From a virus (Duplodnaviria > Caudoviricetes): a stretch of DNA of 64,000 bases. A program made the position numbers and the translations under genes. Positions within the stretch are counted from its first letter, which is position 1, and each line of letters begins with the position of its first letter. The stretch lies in the IMG/VR virus record IMGVR_UViG_3300022848_000005; one strand, given 5' to 3'. The notes under the pieces were generated by a model. That model was not told the origin of the DNA. It saw only the letters and a program-made list of their open reading frames with translations, and did not search any database. Of the stretch, positions 9,600 through 19,710 are shown in pieces.

Positions 9600-10355
9600 A
9601 TGGCCACACTTATAGAAAAACGACAAGAAATAGAAGAGTACATTAACCTAAGACTAGGTGGTCAGATGGTTGATGTTGAGTTAGATAAGGAGCATTATGA
9701 CCTTGCTATTAATAGGTCACTAACGAGATATAGACAGCGAGCTGAAAATTCTCAGGAGGAAAGTCATGCTTTCCTAGCTCTAAACAAAGATCAAAATGAG
9801 TACATACTACCTAGTGAAATACAAGAAGTACGTCAAGTGTTCAGACGTGGTATAGGTAGTACATCAGGCACAACAGCAAGCCAGTTTGAACCGTTCTCTA
9901 GCGGGTACCTTAACACATATATGTTAGTTGCTGGTAGAGTAGGTGGTTTATTAAACTATGAATTGTTTTCACAATATCAAGAATTAGCAATGAAAATGTT
10001 TGGTGGATTTATTAACTTTACATTTGACAGAAGTACAAAAAAACTTACTATTGTGCGTAAGGTCCCACAGGGCGGCGAAGACGTGTTACTTTGGACATAT
10101 AACTTTAAACCAGATATAACTATACTCAATGACCATATGATTTTTCCCTGGGTACAAGATTATTCTTTAGCACTTGCAAAACACATGTTAGGTGAGGCAA
10201 GAGAAAAGTTTGCACAGATTGCTGGACCGCAAGGTGGCACCAGTTTAAACGGTGCAAGTTTAAAGAGCGAAGCACAAATGGAAATGCAAACACTAGAGCT
10301 TGAAATTCAGAACCAGATGACTGGCACTCAGCCAATGTGGTGGGTTACCGGCTAG
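9600..10355 (+). CDS. gp13: Neck/head-tail adaptor, T4 gp13-like
   Basis: LRLGGQMVDVEL...AINRSL.RY...GEAREKF..I.GP.GG.SLNG motifs. Confidence 0.8.
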   Translation: MATLIEKRQEIEEYINLRLGGQMVDVELDKEHYDLAINRSLTRYRQRAENSQEESHAFLALNKDQNEYILPSEIQEVRQVFRRGIGSTSGTTASQFEPFSSGYLNTYMLVAGRVGGLLNYELFSQYQELAMKMFGGFINFTFDRSTKKLTIVRKVPQGGEDVLLWTYNFKPDITILNDHMIFPWVQDYSLALAKHMLGEAREKFAQIAGPQGGTSLNGASLKSEAQMEMQTLELEIQNQMTGTQPMWWVTG

Positions 10356-10402
10356 CCTTTTGTATACTTTTGTACTATAATAACTAGATGCAAAAATAAA
10401 TT

Positions 10403-10471
10403 ATGCCTAAAATTGCCGACTTAGAAGTTACCCCAAATCCAAACGCTAGGAAATTTGTACTTATATTATGA
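10403..10471 (+). pseudogene. 22-codon stub of the Nfu/NifU gene 5' end ([22 protein letters not shown])
   Basis: Near-identical to the start of 11990..12559; its TGA overlaps the sufB ATG. Confidence 0.85.
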
Positions 10472-11904
10472 ATACAGCAATTGATAACATTGTGAATCAG
10501 CCGTACAAGGCTGGATTCCACACCGAAATCGAGACGGATTCAATGGCTCGTGGTTTGAGCGAAGATGTTATTCGAACGATATCGAGCAAGAAGAATGAGC
10601 CAGATTGGTTGTTAGAGTTTCGTCTTAATGCTTACCGTCATTGGTTGACGATGACAGAGCCAAAATGGCCAAACGTGAGATATCCAAAAATTGATTTTCA
10701 GGACATAATTTATTATTCGGCACCGAAGTCTAAGGCGACCAAGAAGTCCATGGATGAGGTCGATCCAGAGTTATTGAAAACTTTTGAGAAGCTTGGTATT
10801 CCTATGAATGAGCGTGCGGCTTTGGCAGGCGTTGCTGTGGATGTTGTTTTTGATAGTGTTTCTGTAACGACCACCTATAAAGAAAAGTTAGCGGAATACG
10901 GGATCATATTTTGCTCGTTCTCGGAGGCGGTCAGAGACCATCCAGATCTGATTAAGAAGTACCTTGGCAGCGTTGTTCCTTATACCGATAATTTTTATTC
11001 TGCATTAAATTCAGCGGTTTTTACGGACGGTTCGTTTTGTTACATCCCCAAAGGTGTGAAGTGTCCGATGGATCTGTCGACTTACTTTCGCATCAATACT
11101 CAGGACTCGGGTCAGTTTGAAAGGACTCTGATTGTCGCAGAAGAGGGCAGTCAGGTGTGTTACCTAGAGGGTTGCACCGCACCTCAATTTGACACGAATC
11201 AATTGCATGCGGCGGTGGTTGAGCTCATTGCTCTTGATGATGCGGATATTAAGTATTCCACTGTGCAAAATTGGTATGCCGGAGATGAAAATGGCGTTGG
11301 TGGTATCTTTAATTTTGTGACTAAGCGAGGATTGTGCAAAGGTAAAAACTCCAAGATATCTTGGACCCAAGTGGAGACTGGATCAGCGGTGACTTGGAAA
11401 TACCCCTCGTGTATTCTTCTTGGCGATAATTCGGTGGGTGAGTTTTACTCCGTAGCGCTTACTAATCACATGCAACAAGCGGACACTGGAACAAAGATGT
11501 TCCATATTGGCAAGAATACCCGCAGCCGCATTATCAGTAAGGGTATTTCAGCGGGAAAATCTAATAATAGTTATCGTGGTTTGGTGAAGGTGTCACCTAA
11601 AGCCGATGGCGCTCGTAACTATTCTCAATGCGACTCTATGTTGATTGGCGATCTTTGTGGTGCCAATACATTCCCTTACATCGAGGTCGCCAACAAGAGC
11701 TCGATCGTAGAGCATGAGGCAAGCACATCAAAAATTGGTGAAGAGCAGATGTTTTATTTTTCGAGTCGAGGTATCGGTTCTGAAGAAGCTGTTTCTATGA
11801 TTATTAATGGATTCGTTAGAGATGTATTTATGCACTTGCCCATGGAGTTCGCGGTCGAGGCAACAAAATTACTCGGCTTAAAACTGGAAGGAAGTGTTGG
11901 ATGA
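10468..11904 (+). CDS. sufB: Fe-S cluster assembly scaffold SufB
   Basis: Full-length 478 aa with [49 protein letters not shown] and LEGSVG motifs. Confidence 0.97.
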   Translation: MNTAIDNIVNQPYKAGFHTEIETDSMARGLSEDVIRTISSKKNEPDWLLEFRLNAYRHWLTMTEPKWPNVRYPKIDFQDIIYYSAPKSKATKKSMDEVDPELLKTFEKLGIPMNERAALAGVAVDVVFDSVSVTTTYKEKLAEYGIIFCSFSEAVRDHPDLIKKYLGSVVPYTDNFYSALNSAVFTDGSFCYIPKGVKCPMDLSTYFRINTQDSGQFERTLIVAEEGSQVCYLEGCTAPQFDTNQLHAAVVELIALDDADIKYSTVQNWYAGDENGVGGIFNFVTKRGLCKGKNSKISWTQVETGSAVTWKYPSCILLGDNSVGEFYSVALTNHMQQADTGTKMFHIGKNTRSRIISKGISAGKSNNSYRGLVKVSPKADGARNYSQCDSMLIGDLCGANTFPYIEVANKSSIVEHEASTSKIGEEQMFYFSSRGIGSEEAVSMIINGFVRDVFMHLPMEFAVEATKLLGLKLEGSVG

Positions 11905-11978
11905 TTATAAAGAATGCAGAAACGATCCTAAGTGTACATAACCTCGTCGCTAGTATTGATGGCACTCAAAAAACTTAA
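11901..11978 (+). pseudogene. sufC: 5' stub of sufC ([25 protein letters not shown])
   Basis: ATGA overlap with the sufB stop. IL(S)V.NL.A.IDG matches SufC N-termini, and sufC follows sufB in bacterial operons. Confidence 0.65.
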
Positions 11979-11989
11979 GTAAAAAAATT

Positions 11990-12559
11990 ATGCCTAAAAT
12001 TGCCGACTTAGCAGTTACGCCGAATCCAAACGCTAGGAAATTCGTACTCAAAGAACCTATAACCTATGGTGTGGCCAAGTCATATGAGTCAGCGGAAGAA
12101 GCGGTTGGGGATGAACTTGCGTCTAGTTTGTTTCAAATAGAGAGTGTGGTATCTGTTTTTTATGTCGATAATTGGATTACGGTGACGCAAGACGGCAGTG
12201 CTGATTGGAAAGATTTGATGCGCTCTTTGGCCGAACCAATTCGTTTGGCCCCTGTTGCAACTCAGGTTTCGGAGGAAGCATCGAAAACTGCCACATGGCT
12301 TCAAACGGATGAATCCAGTCTTTCCGAAACGGAACGGGCTCAGCTTGTGCAAATCAATGAATTGCTAGATGACCGTGTGAGGCCATACCTTCAAAGTGAT
12401 GGCGGTGATCTCTATGTTGTAGGCTTAGAGGATAACGTTTTAAGTGTCCATTATCAGGGCGCATGTGGTAGTTGCCCCAGTTCCTTATCTGGAACACTCG
12501 CTGGTATTGCCAGTTTAGTAAGGGAAATCGATCCTAACATCGAAGTTGTAGCGGTATAA
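11990..12559 (+). CDS. Nfu/NifU-family Fe-S carrier (Nfu N-terminal domain plus NifU C-terminal domain)
   Basis: [10 protein letters not shown]-terminal domain; VRPYLQSDGGD...YQGACGSCPSS CxxC motif. Confidence 0.92.
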   Translation: MPKIADLAVTPNPNARKFVLKEPITYGVAKSYESAEEAVGDELASSLFQIESVVSVFYVDNWITVTQDGSADWKDLMRSLAEPIRLAPVATQVSEEASKTATWLQTDESSLSETERAQLVQINELLDDRVRPYLQSDGGDLYVVGLEDNVLSVHYQGACGSCPSSLSGTLAGIASLVREIDPNIEVVAV

Positions 12560-12619
12560 GCTAGAACTGAATGACTTGAGCAACTGGCTAATTTTTCTGT
12601 TTAATTTTATTTCTACTTG

Positions 12620-12628
12620 TGTTATAAT
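12620..12628 (+). promoter_or_regulatory. Extended -10 promoter (TGnTATAAT), probably leaderless
   Basis: tgttataat lies 6 nt before ATG 12635. Confidence 0.55.
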
Positions 12629-12634
12629 CTATCT

Positions 12635-13258
12635 ATGATTATAGGAATATGTGGGCTGATTGGAACCGGCAAAGACACCGTTGCAGATTACTTGGTAAAT
12701 TTTCATGGTTACAGACGTGATAGTTTTGCTAACCCACTTAAAGATGCTGTTAGTACAATATTTGGTTGGGATAGAGATCTTGTGGAAGGCCGTACAACAA
12801 TGGCTCGCCAATGGCGTGAGCAAGTTGACGAATGGTGGTCGCAAAGACTAGGCATACCCAACTTAACTCCTCGTTATGTCTTACAACAGTGGGGTACCGA
12901 AGTTGTGCGTAAGAGCTTTCACGATGATACCTGGATTGCAAGTTTAGAAAACAAAATACGTAAAAGTAAAGACGACTCTGTTATTACAGATTGTAGGTTT
13001 CCTAACGAGATAAAAATGATTAAAGGTCTGGGCGGCAAAGTTCTCCGTGTTAAACGTGGGGAAGATCCTGTATGGTACAATACCGCAATAGCCGCCAATA
13101 ACGGGGACAAACAAGCAGAGGATCAGATGCACACCCACTTTAAGGTACACATTAGCGAATGGGCGTGGGCAAGTGCAGACTTTAATTATACTGTATTAAA
13201 CAACGGCAGTATAGATGAGCTATATGAAGTACTTAAAAATCTGGTAGTATCTCACTAG
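12635..13258 (+). CDS. Deoxynucleoside monophosphate kinase (T4 gp1-like)
   Basis: IIGICGLIGTGKDT P-loop, SFA.PLKD, PR.VLQQWGTEV.R and TDCRFPNE motifs. Confidence 0.9.
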   Translation: MIIGICGLIGTGKDTVADYLVNFHGYRRDSFANPLKDAVSTIFGWDRDLVEGRTTMARQWREQVDEWWSQRLGIPNLTPRYVLQQWGTEVVRKSFHDDTWIASLENKIRKSKDDSVITDCRFPNEIKMIKGLGGKVLRVKRGEDPVWYNTAIAANNGDKQAEDQMHTHFKVHISEWAWASADFNYTVLNNGSIDELYEVLKNLVVSH

Positions 13259-13580
13259 GTCGCCAACCTAGGTTCATATTACTTATATCAACTCCGCAAT
13301 TTAAACACACACTGATTAGGTTACTCTTATTGTTGTTGCCTAAATCTCCATCCACGTGCCAGACCATAATTTGTGCCTTGCTTTTAGAGTTGAATCCGCA
13401 CTTCTCACATTGACTCTTTTTCTTATATCCTGCTTGGTGCCACGCAGGTATTTTTGAAGGTTCTTTTCTACGAAGCCTAATACAAGAATCGCACCTAGAT
13501 CTATAGTAAATCTTGTCGTGTTTTTTGTAGTTTACAGCTACTTGGTTCCTATTACAGGCTGGGCATATTCTGCGTTGCAT
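13233..13580 (-). CDS. Small Zn-finger/HNH-like protein
   Basis: CxxC pairs plus HVDGD..NN..SNLISVCLNC; the terminal His is absent. Confidence 0.65.
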   Translation of the reverse strand: MQRRICPACNRNQVAVNYKKHDKIYYRSRCDSCIRLRRKEPSKIPAWHQAGYKKKSQCEKCGFNSKSKAQIMVWHVDGDLGNNNKSNLISVCLNCGVDISNMNLGWRPSEILPDF

Positions 13581-13641
13581 GTAGTTATTTAATAGATACC
13601 TTTAAAAGGGCGACTAATAGGTGCCATTTTGCTTATAATCA

Positions 13642-13648
13642 ATAAATA
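13642..13648 (+). promoter_or_regulatory. Late promoter motif ATAAATA for the sheath gene
   Basis: ataaatactactaatta, identical to the site before the tube gene (16935). Confidence 0.8.
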
Positions 13649-13678
13649 CTACTAATTAACATATTGAGGATTATTACA

Positions 13679-16600
13679 ATGGCATTAATTTCACCTGGAG
13701 TAGATGTAACTGTTACTGACGAGAGTAACTATGCGCCAAATCAATTGGGGACTATCCCTTTAATTGTTTTAGCCACAGCACAGGACAAATTAAACACTTC
13801 TAGCGTAACAGCAATAGCAACTACCGCCGCAAATGCAGGCAAGTTAGTAGCCGCTACAAGTCAGAGAGAATTAACAAGCCTATTCGGTACTCCAACATTC
13901 TATAAGACAAGTTCAGGAACCCCTATTCATGGTTATGATATTAATGAATATGGATTGATGACTGCTTATAGTTTACTAGGTGTATCCAATAGAGTTTATT
14001 GCATCAGAGCAAATGTAAACACAGCCGAATTAGTTGGAACAACAGTACGTCCTACTGGAAGCCCATCTAATGGAACTTATTGGTTAGATTTAACAGACAC
14101 TCTATGGGGCATTTTTGAATGGAATAGTGCTACACAGGCATTTACTAACAAAGTGCCTACAATTTTAGCAAGCACCTCAGATTTAAGTGGTGGTGTACCT
14201 AAAACAAGTATTGGTAGCATTGGCGATTATGCCGTGGTTACAACAAATACAAACAATCCAATTTACTACAAGAAGTACAATAATACTTGGGTACTAGTAG
14301 GCAGCATAGGTTGGCAGACTTCTAGCCCAACTATTGCGGCAACAACTGCTAACCCAACACTAACTTCTTCAAACGCAGTTATCATTAACGGCTCAACAGT
14401 TACGTTAACTGGAACAACAGTTTCTAGTTTGGTAAGCGATATTAATACTGCATCGGTTACTGGTATTACAGCATACGCTAGTGCCACAACCGGCATACTG
14501 CATATTTTTGCAGACGCCACTACAACATCAGATGGCAGTACAGCAGACGGTGCAATTATTATTAGTAACAGTGTAGGAACCCCATTAGCAGATTTAGGCA
14601 TCACAGCAGGTACGTTCTACAGACCAGCACTAGCTCAGACAGCTCATACAAGTGTTCCTACTTGGAAGACTAACGATACAGCTTCTAGACCAACAGGAAG
14701 TGTTTGGATTAAAACAACCACTGCTAATGTTGGTGCAAGTTTTGACGCTAGTGTTTACTCTAGCACAACAGATGCATTCTCAGCAGTAAGTGCTCCTGTT
14801 TACGAAAACGACCAGTCAGCAAACGCAACTCTGGATGCTACTGGTGGTGGTAAAAACATTGGTGCTAGTAGTGTTTACGTACAATACGATGCACTAGAAG
14901 ATGACTCAGCTACTTACAAGCTATATAAGCGTTCAGCAACTGGTAGCACCACAATTACAGGTAGTGTTGCTAACCCAGTACTAACAGCCACTAACACATT
15001 TACTATTCAGCAGAGTGTGCCAGCCAGTAGCACACTAAGCACAGCACAAACAGTTACACTAAGTGGTACTGATGCGGCGTCTTTGGTGTCAGATCTACTA
15101 GCATTAGGACTATCACAAATTACTGCTAGTGTAAACAGTGCAGGTAAAATTGTTATTAACCACACAGGTGGTGGCGTTATAGTATTAAAGAATACTGCAG
15201 GAACACCGTTAACAACTGCTGGTATTACAACTTCATTATCAAACGTTAAAGCGGGAAATAATTCAGACTTGGTTGCAAGTAACTGGATCCCATTAACATA
15301 CACAGCAAGTTTAGCAGTACCAAGCGCAGATCCTGTAACAGGTACACTTTGGTACTATAACGCTGTTGATGATGTTGACATTATGATACATAACGGGACA
15401 GACTGGAAAGGGTACCAGACACTAGCCGCTGATGCAAGGGGCTATGATTTAACTGCTACTGATCCAGATGGTGTTATTGTCGCCGCAAGTGAACCAATTG
15501 CACAGTCAGATGCATCAGCACTAGTAAGTGGAGACCTTTGGTTAGATACAAGCGATTTAGAGAACTATCCTAACCTTTACAGATACGATGCTACTGATTC
15601 TAATTGGACATTGATTGATAATTCAGATCAAACATCAGAGAACGGTATTTTGTTTGCAGATGCACGTTGGGACACAGACGGAACAACAAATCCAATTACT
15701 GGTGACATCCCACTAATTACAAGTTTGTTGGCATCTAACTATACAGACTTAGATGTTCCAAGTGCCGCACTTTATCCACGTGGAACTTTATTGTTTAATA
15801 CACGTAGAAGTGGTTACTTAGTTAAAGAGTTTAAGAACGACTACTTTAATTCAGATGACTTTGCAGGATCTTTACCAACAATTAAAGATGCTTGGGTTAA
15901 TAAGGCAGGCAACAAGTCAGACGGCTCACCTTACATGGGTAGAAAAGCAGTCAGACAGGTTGTGGTAGCCGCAATGAAGTCTGCATTAGACAGTAACACA
16001 GAGATCAGAGAAGAGCAACAGGTATATAACTTAATTGCCGCTCCTGGCTATGAAGAGTTAACTGCTAATATGATTAGTCTAAATAACGATAGACGTAACA
16101 CCGCATTTATTGTTGCAGACACCCCAATTAGACTTGCCCCAAGTGCTACTGAAATAAGCAACTATAATAATAACACTGGCACATGGTTCGGCGAAGGCGC
16201 AACATCAACTGATGCCTATGTTGGGTTATATTATCCATCAGGACAGAGTACTGATTTATCAGGTAGCACTATTGTTGTTCCACCAAGTCATATGGCATTA
16301 CGCACAATGATCAGAAGTGACGATGTGAGCTTCCCTTGGTTTGCACCAGCAGGTACGAAACGAGGTCTAGTTGACAACGCCACACAACTTGGTTATGTTA
16401 GTTCATCCACTGGTGAGTTTGTGTTAGCAGGCTTAACAGAAGGTGTAAGAGATAGTCTATATGAAAATAAGATTAATCCAATTACATTCCTTCCAGGAAT
16501 TGGTTTAACAATTTATGGTCAAAAAACACGTGATCCAAACGCACCAAGTTCACTTGATAGAATTAATGTTGCAAGACTTGTTGTTTATATGAGAACTAAC

Positions 16601-16879
16601 TTAAACACATTAGCAAAACCGTTTGTGTTTGAGCCCAACGACAAGTTAACTAGAGACGAAATTAAACAAATCGTCGAACAGTTATGTAACGACTTGGTTG
16701 CTAAGAGAGCATTAAGCGACTATGTTGTTGTATGTGATGAAACAAACAACACACCAGTTAGGATTGATAGAAACGAACTATACGTAGACGTTGCTATTGA
16801 GCCAGTTAAGTCTGCTGAATTTATCTTTGTTCCAATTAGATTGAAGAACACAGGTGAGATTGCAGGAACTAGTGTATAA
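13679..16879 (+). CDS. gp18: Tail sheath protein (T4 gp18-like) with large internal insertions
   Basis: MALISPGVDV N-terminus; PPS...WFAPAG..RG, LYENKINPI, DRINVARL, FVFEPND..TR and EFI C-terminal motifs. Confidence 0.95.
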   Translation: MALISPGVDVTVTDESNYAPNQLGTIPLIVLATAQDKLNTSSVTAIATTAANAGKLVAATSQRELTSLFGTPTFYKTSSGTPIHGYDINEYGLMTAYSLLGVSNRVYCIRANVNTAELVGTTVRPTGSPSNGTYWLDLTDTLWGIFEWNSATQAFTNKVPTILASTSDLSGGVPKTSIGSIGDYAVVTTNTNNPIYYKKYNNTWVLVGSIGWQTSSPTIAATTANPTLTSSNAVIINGSTVTLTGTTVSSLVSDINTASVTGITAYASATTGILHIFADATTTSDGSTADGAIIISNSVGTPLADLGITAGTFYRPALAQTAHTSVPTWKTNDTASRPTGSVWIKTTTANVGASFDASVYSSTTDAFSAVSAPVYENDQSANATLDATGGGKNIGASSVYVQYDALEDDSATYKLYKRSATGSTTITGSVANPVLTATNTFTIQQSVPASSTLSTAQTVTLSGTDAASLVSDLLALGLSQITASVNSAGKIVINHTGGGVIVLKNTAGTPLTTAGITTSLSNVKAGNNSDLVASNWIPLTYTASLAVPSADPVTGTLWYYNAVDDVDIMIHNGTDWKGYQTLAADARGYDLTATDPDGVIVAASEPIAQSDASALVSGDLWLDTSDLENYPNLYRYDATDSNWTLIDNSDQTSENGILFADARWDTDGTTNPITGDIPLITSLLASNYTDLDVPSAALYPRGTLLFNTRRSGYLVKEFKNDYFNSDDFAGSLPTIKDAWVNKAGNKSDGSPYMGRKAVRQVVVAAMKSALDSNTEIREEQQVYNLIAAPGYEELTANMISLNNDRRNTAFIVADTPIRLAPSATEISNYNNNTGTWFGEGATSTDAYVGLYYPSGQSTDLSGSTIVVPPSHMALRTMIRSDDVSFPWFAPAGTKRGLVDNATQLGYVSSSTGEFVLAGLTEGVRDSLYENKINPITFLPGIGLTIYGQKTRDPNAPSSLDRINVARLVVYMRTNLNTLAKPFVFEPNDKLTRDEIKQIVEQLCNDLVAKRALSDYVVVCDETNNTPVRIDRNELYVDVAIEPVKSAEFIFVPIRLKNTGEIAGTSV

Positions 16880-16893
16880 TTAAAGTACGCATA

Positions 16894-16919
16894 TAATGAG
16901 AGCCACTAGGCTCTCATTA
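16894..16919. other. Perfect 11-bp hairpin between sheath and tube genes
   Basis: taatgagagcc-acta-ggctctcatta, with no U-tract. Confidence 0.7.
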
Positions 16920-16934
16920 ATGCAGTAGTATACG

Positions 16935-16941
16935 ATAAATA
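16935..16941 (+). promoter_or_regulatory. Late promoter motif ATAAATA for the tube gene
   Basis: ataaatactactaattaggag. Confidence 0.8.
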
Positions 16942-16963
16942 CTACTAATTAGGAGACAGAAAA

Positions 16964-17581
16964 ATGGCAGTAGCAAGTTTAAACAAATTTACGGTACCTT
17001 TAGCTAGTGACCAATCAGCAAGTACACAAGGCTTGTTGATGCCAAAATTAAAGTATCGCTTTAGAGTGAGCTTTGAAAACTTTGGCATTACAACTCCACG
17101 TAGTGAGCTAACAAAACAAGTTATAGATTTTATGCGACCAACAGTTTCACAAGAACGTATGGAAATTCCAATTTATAACTCTAGAATTTACTTAGGTGGA
17201 CGCCCGACCTGGGAGACAACCACAGTTAACCTGCGTGATGACGCCCAGGGTAATGTTTCCAAACTAGTTGGCGAGCAGATGCAAAAGCAATATGACTTTA
17301 TGGAACAGTCTAGTGCGGCATCAGGCATTGACTACAAGTTTATTACAAGATGTGAAATATTAGATGGTGGTAATGGTGCATTTACTCCAACATCATTAGA
17401 GACCTGGGAACTGTATGGCTGCTTTTTAACTAACGTAGCATACGGTGATGTATCATACGGTAGTGATGAACCAATAAGTATTCAGATGACAATTAGTTTT
17501 GACAACGCAATACAGACTCCACTTGGAACTGGTATTGGTACATTGGTTGGAAGAACAATAGGTCAGACAATTACAGGTTAA
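16964..17581 (+). CDS. gp19: Tail tube protein (T4 gp19-like)
   Basis: Follows the sheath. YRFRVSF, RP.V, W...TV.LRDD, WELYGCF..NV.YG and I.FDNA motifs. Confidence 0.88.
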   Translation: MAVASLNKFTVPLASDQSASTQGLLMPKLKYRFRVSFENFGITTPRSELTKQVIDFMRPTVSQERMEIPIYNSRIYLGGRPTWETTTVNLRDDAQGNVSKLVGEQMQKQYDFMEQSSAASGIDYKFITRCEILDGGNGAFTPTSLETWELYGCFLTNVAYGDVSYGSDEPISIQMTISFDNAIQTPLGTGIGTLVGRTIGQTITG

Positions 17582-17602
17582 TTTTAGTATTTTAGCAGAA
17601 TT

Positions 17603-17633
17603 AAAAAGCAGGGTATAAAACCCCTGTTTTTTT
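17603..17633 (+). terminator. Terminator after the tube gene
   Basis: agcaggg-tataaaac-ccctgtt followed by a T-run. Confidence 0.7.
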
Positions 17634-17649
17634 ATGGATAAATAATAGT

Positions 17650-18903
17650 ATGGCAAATTTATTATCTGGAGTATTCCAAAAAGCGTTAGGATCAGCTAGT
17701 TCTGTTATTAAAGCAGGCACTGGGTTAAATGTTACTGACAGTTTGGGAAAGCAATTTAAAAGTTTAGCAGACGCCGCAACTACTGCTGATTATATTAAGG
17801 ACTTCAAACACGGACAACGAATGTTTGGAGACAACAACTTTGCGCTGGCTCCAAAACACAGTGCTCTGTTCCATGTTAACATAGAGCTAAACCCAGCATT
17901 TAATCCATTGACCAACGAAGAATCCATAGAGTTGGGTATGTTGGCAAAAAATGTAACATTGCCTGGATTTGCTTATGATACAGAGCAGTTACATGCGTAT
18001 AACAGAAAAGTAAACATTCAGACTAAAGTTAATTACGATCCTGTTACGATAGAATTTCACGACGACACGATTAACTTAACAAAAAAGTTTCATGAGCTTT
18101 ACCTTAAACATTACTTTAGAGACGATGACCACGAGAATGCTGTATATGATCCCAGTTTAAGTGTATATGGTAATAGAACAACTGACAAATGGGGTTATAG
18201 CCAAGCTGGAGACGTACAGGGAAACTTTATTGCTAGGATAAATGTATATAGTTTAAGTCAAAAGACTTTTACACATTATGTTGTGGAAAACCCCATAATA
18301 CAATCATTTAAACATGGCAATCATAATTACTCAGGTGAGTCCTTTATGTCTAGCACAATGACGGTGATGCCTGAACAAATTAGGTACATTGGAGAAGGCA
18401 TAGTAACAAGTGACCAAGTTAGAGGGTTTGGTATTATACATTATGATACTGTTCCGAGTCCACTACAATCATTGGGTGGCAGAGATACTATTATAGGCAA
18501 AGGTGGTGTGTTTAACACCATTGGCGGTATAGGTGATAAGATTGCATCTGGTAACTTCTTAAGTGCCGCCTTAGATGCATATAGGGCTCGTGATACTTTT
18601 AAAAATGCTGATCTTAAAAAAACAGCCCTAAGGGACATCACAGGCTTAGCCACAGACGTATTGCGTGGCAACAACACACAGGGAAAATACTTCTTTCCTT
18701 CAGTCAGCAACTTAGTCGATAAATTTGGCCCAAGCGAGGGCAAGTCTACACCTTCCAGCTCGTCGAATAGTGATATAGTCGGCTCAAGTCCTGCAGGACA
18801 AAATGTAGGATCAGACAACAGTTTTGCTGAGAACAAAGATGCTCGCCGCAATGAACAAATAAACAGAGCGGCAGGACAAGCATCTAACATTAGAACTATA
18901 TAA
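17650..18903 (+). CDS. Baseplate tube-initiator/cap-like protein (gp48/gp54/gp19 fold)
   Basis: AKNVTLPGF....YNRK..IQTKVNYDPVTIEFHDD motif; ATAAATA 5 nt upstream. Confidence 0.6.
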   Translation: MANLLSGVFQKALGSASSVIKAGTGLNVTDSLGKQFKSLADAATTADYIKDFKHGQRMFGDNNFALAPKHSALFHVNIELNPAFNPLTNEESIELGMLAKNVTLPGFAYDTEQLHAYNRKVNIQTKVNYDPVTIEFHDDTINLTKKFHELYLKHYFRDDDHENAVYDPSLSVYGNRTTDKWGYSQAGDVQGNFIARINVYSLSQKTFTHYVVENPIIQSFKHGNHNYSGESFMSSTMTVMPEQIRYIGEGIVTSDQVRGFGIIHYDTVPSPLQSLGGRDTIIGKGGVFNTIGGIGDKIASGNFLSAALDAYRARDTFKNADLKKTALRDITGLATDVLRGNNTQGKYFFPSVSNLVDKFGPSEGKSTPSSSSNSDIVGSSPAGQNVGSDNSFAENKDARRNEQINRAAGQASNIRTI

Positions 18904-18912
18904 GGATTTCAA

Positions 18913-19275
18913 ATGGCAATACCATCCAATTTACCCAACCTTAAAGCAGAATCTACGCCCAATTACTTTAAAAACTTTTTTGTTAAGGAAGGCTACGTTA
19001 CTGACAACCAATACGAAGCACTAATTGGATTGCTTATGAAAAGAACAGCGAACAAAGAGTCCGCTGAGAACTTAGCAGGAGCAATTATACAAGGCTCATC
19101 CCAGCAAGACATCTCGTTTAACGAATTATTTGATTACATTAAAAAAGCAAATACCATAGAGTTAGATGCGTTTTTAGCTTTTTTCCTTAATAATACTCGT
19201 GTGGGAACTAGTTATCTTGGCATAAGTAATCCAGGAAATCAAAATCCATATGTCTTACGCACTATTTTGGTATGA
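18913..19275 (+). CDS. Hypothetical protein (structural module)
   Basis: 120-aa ORF with an SD, coupled to the next gene. Confidence 0.6.
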   Translation: MAIPSNLPNLKAESTPNYFKNFFVKEGYVTDNQYEALIGLLMKRTANKESAENLAGAIIQGSSQQDISFNELFDYIKKANTIELDAFLAFFLNNTRVGTSYLGISNPGNQNPYVLRTILV

Positions 19276-19706
19276 CCAAATATGCACAAGGCAAATTTCA
19301 TCCAAAAAACGCAAAAAAATATTTAGGCAGACAATTACCAACTTACCGCAGTAGTTGGGAACAACGTTTTATGATGTTCTGCGACACTAATCCTAGTGTT
19401 ATAAGTTGGGCCAGTGAGCCTGTTAAAATACCTTACTTTAATCCTGTTAAAAACAAGCAAACAATATACGTGCCAGACTTTTTAATAGAATATATAGATA
19501 GGAACAAACAGAACCACAAAGAGTTAATTGAAATAAAACCCAGTAATCAAACACTGTTTGAAAAAACTCGCAGTCAGCGTAATAAAGTAGCCTGGGTCAT
19601 TAATCAGGCAAAGTGGCAAGCCGCAGAAACGTGGTGCAATCACTACGGAATAGTATTCCGCATACTGGGTGAAAATGAACTGTTCCACAATGGACGCAGT
19701 AAATAA
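19272..19706 (+). CDS. gp4: Head completion protein T4 gp4-like (TnsA-type endonuclease fold)
   Basis: GKF.PKN.KKY.G...YRSSWE..FM.FCD.NP....WASE...IPY...YVPDF...IEIKP. Confidence 0.9.
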   Translation: MTKYAQGKFHPKNAKKYLGRQLPTYRSSWEQRFMMFCDTNPSVISWASEPVKIPYFNPVKNKQTIYVPDFLIEYIDRNKQNHKELIEIKPSNQTLFEKTRSQRNKVAWVINQAKWQAAETWCNHYGIVFRILGENELFHNGRSK

Positions 19707-19710
19707 AAGT

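Larger units (their letters stand above)
10398..12048. repeat. 64-bp imperfect direct repeat (10398-10461 and 11985-12048, 4 mismatches) flanking sufB
   Basis: aaattatgcctaaaattgccgacttag[a/c]agttac[c/g]cc[a/g]aatccaaacgctaggaaatt[t/c]gtact. Confidence 0.95.

Noticed and set aside
10398-12559. IS element or integrative element carrying sufB
   Set aside because: No transposase, integrase or terminal inverted repeats; the flanking repeat is a copy of the nfu coding start.
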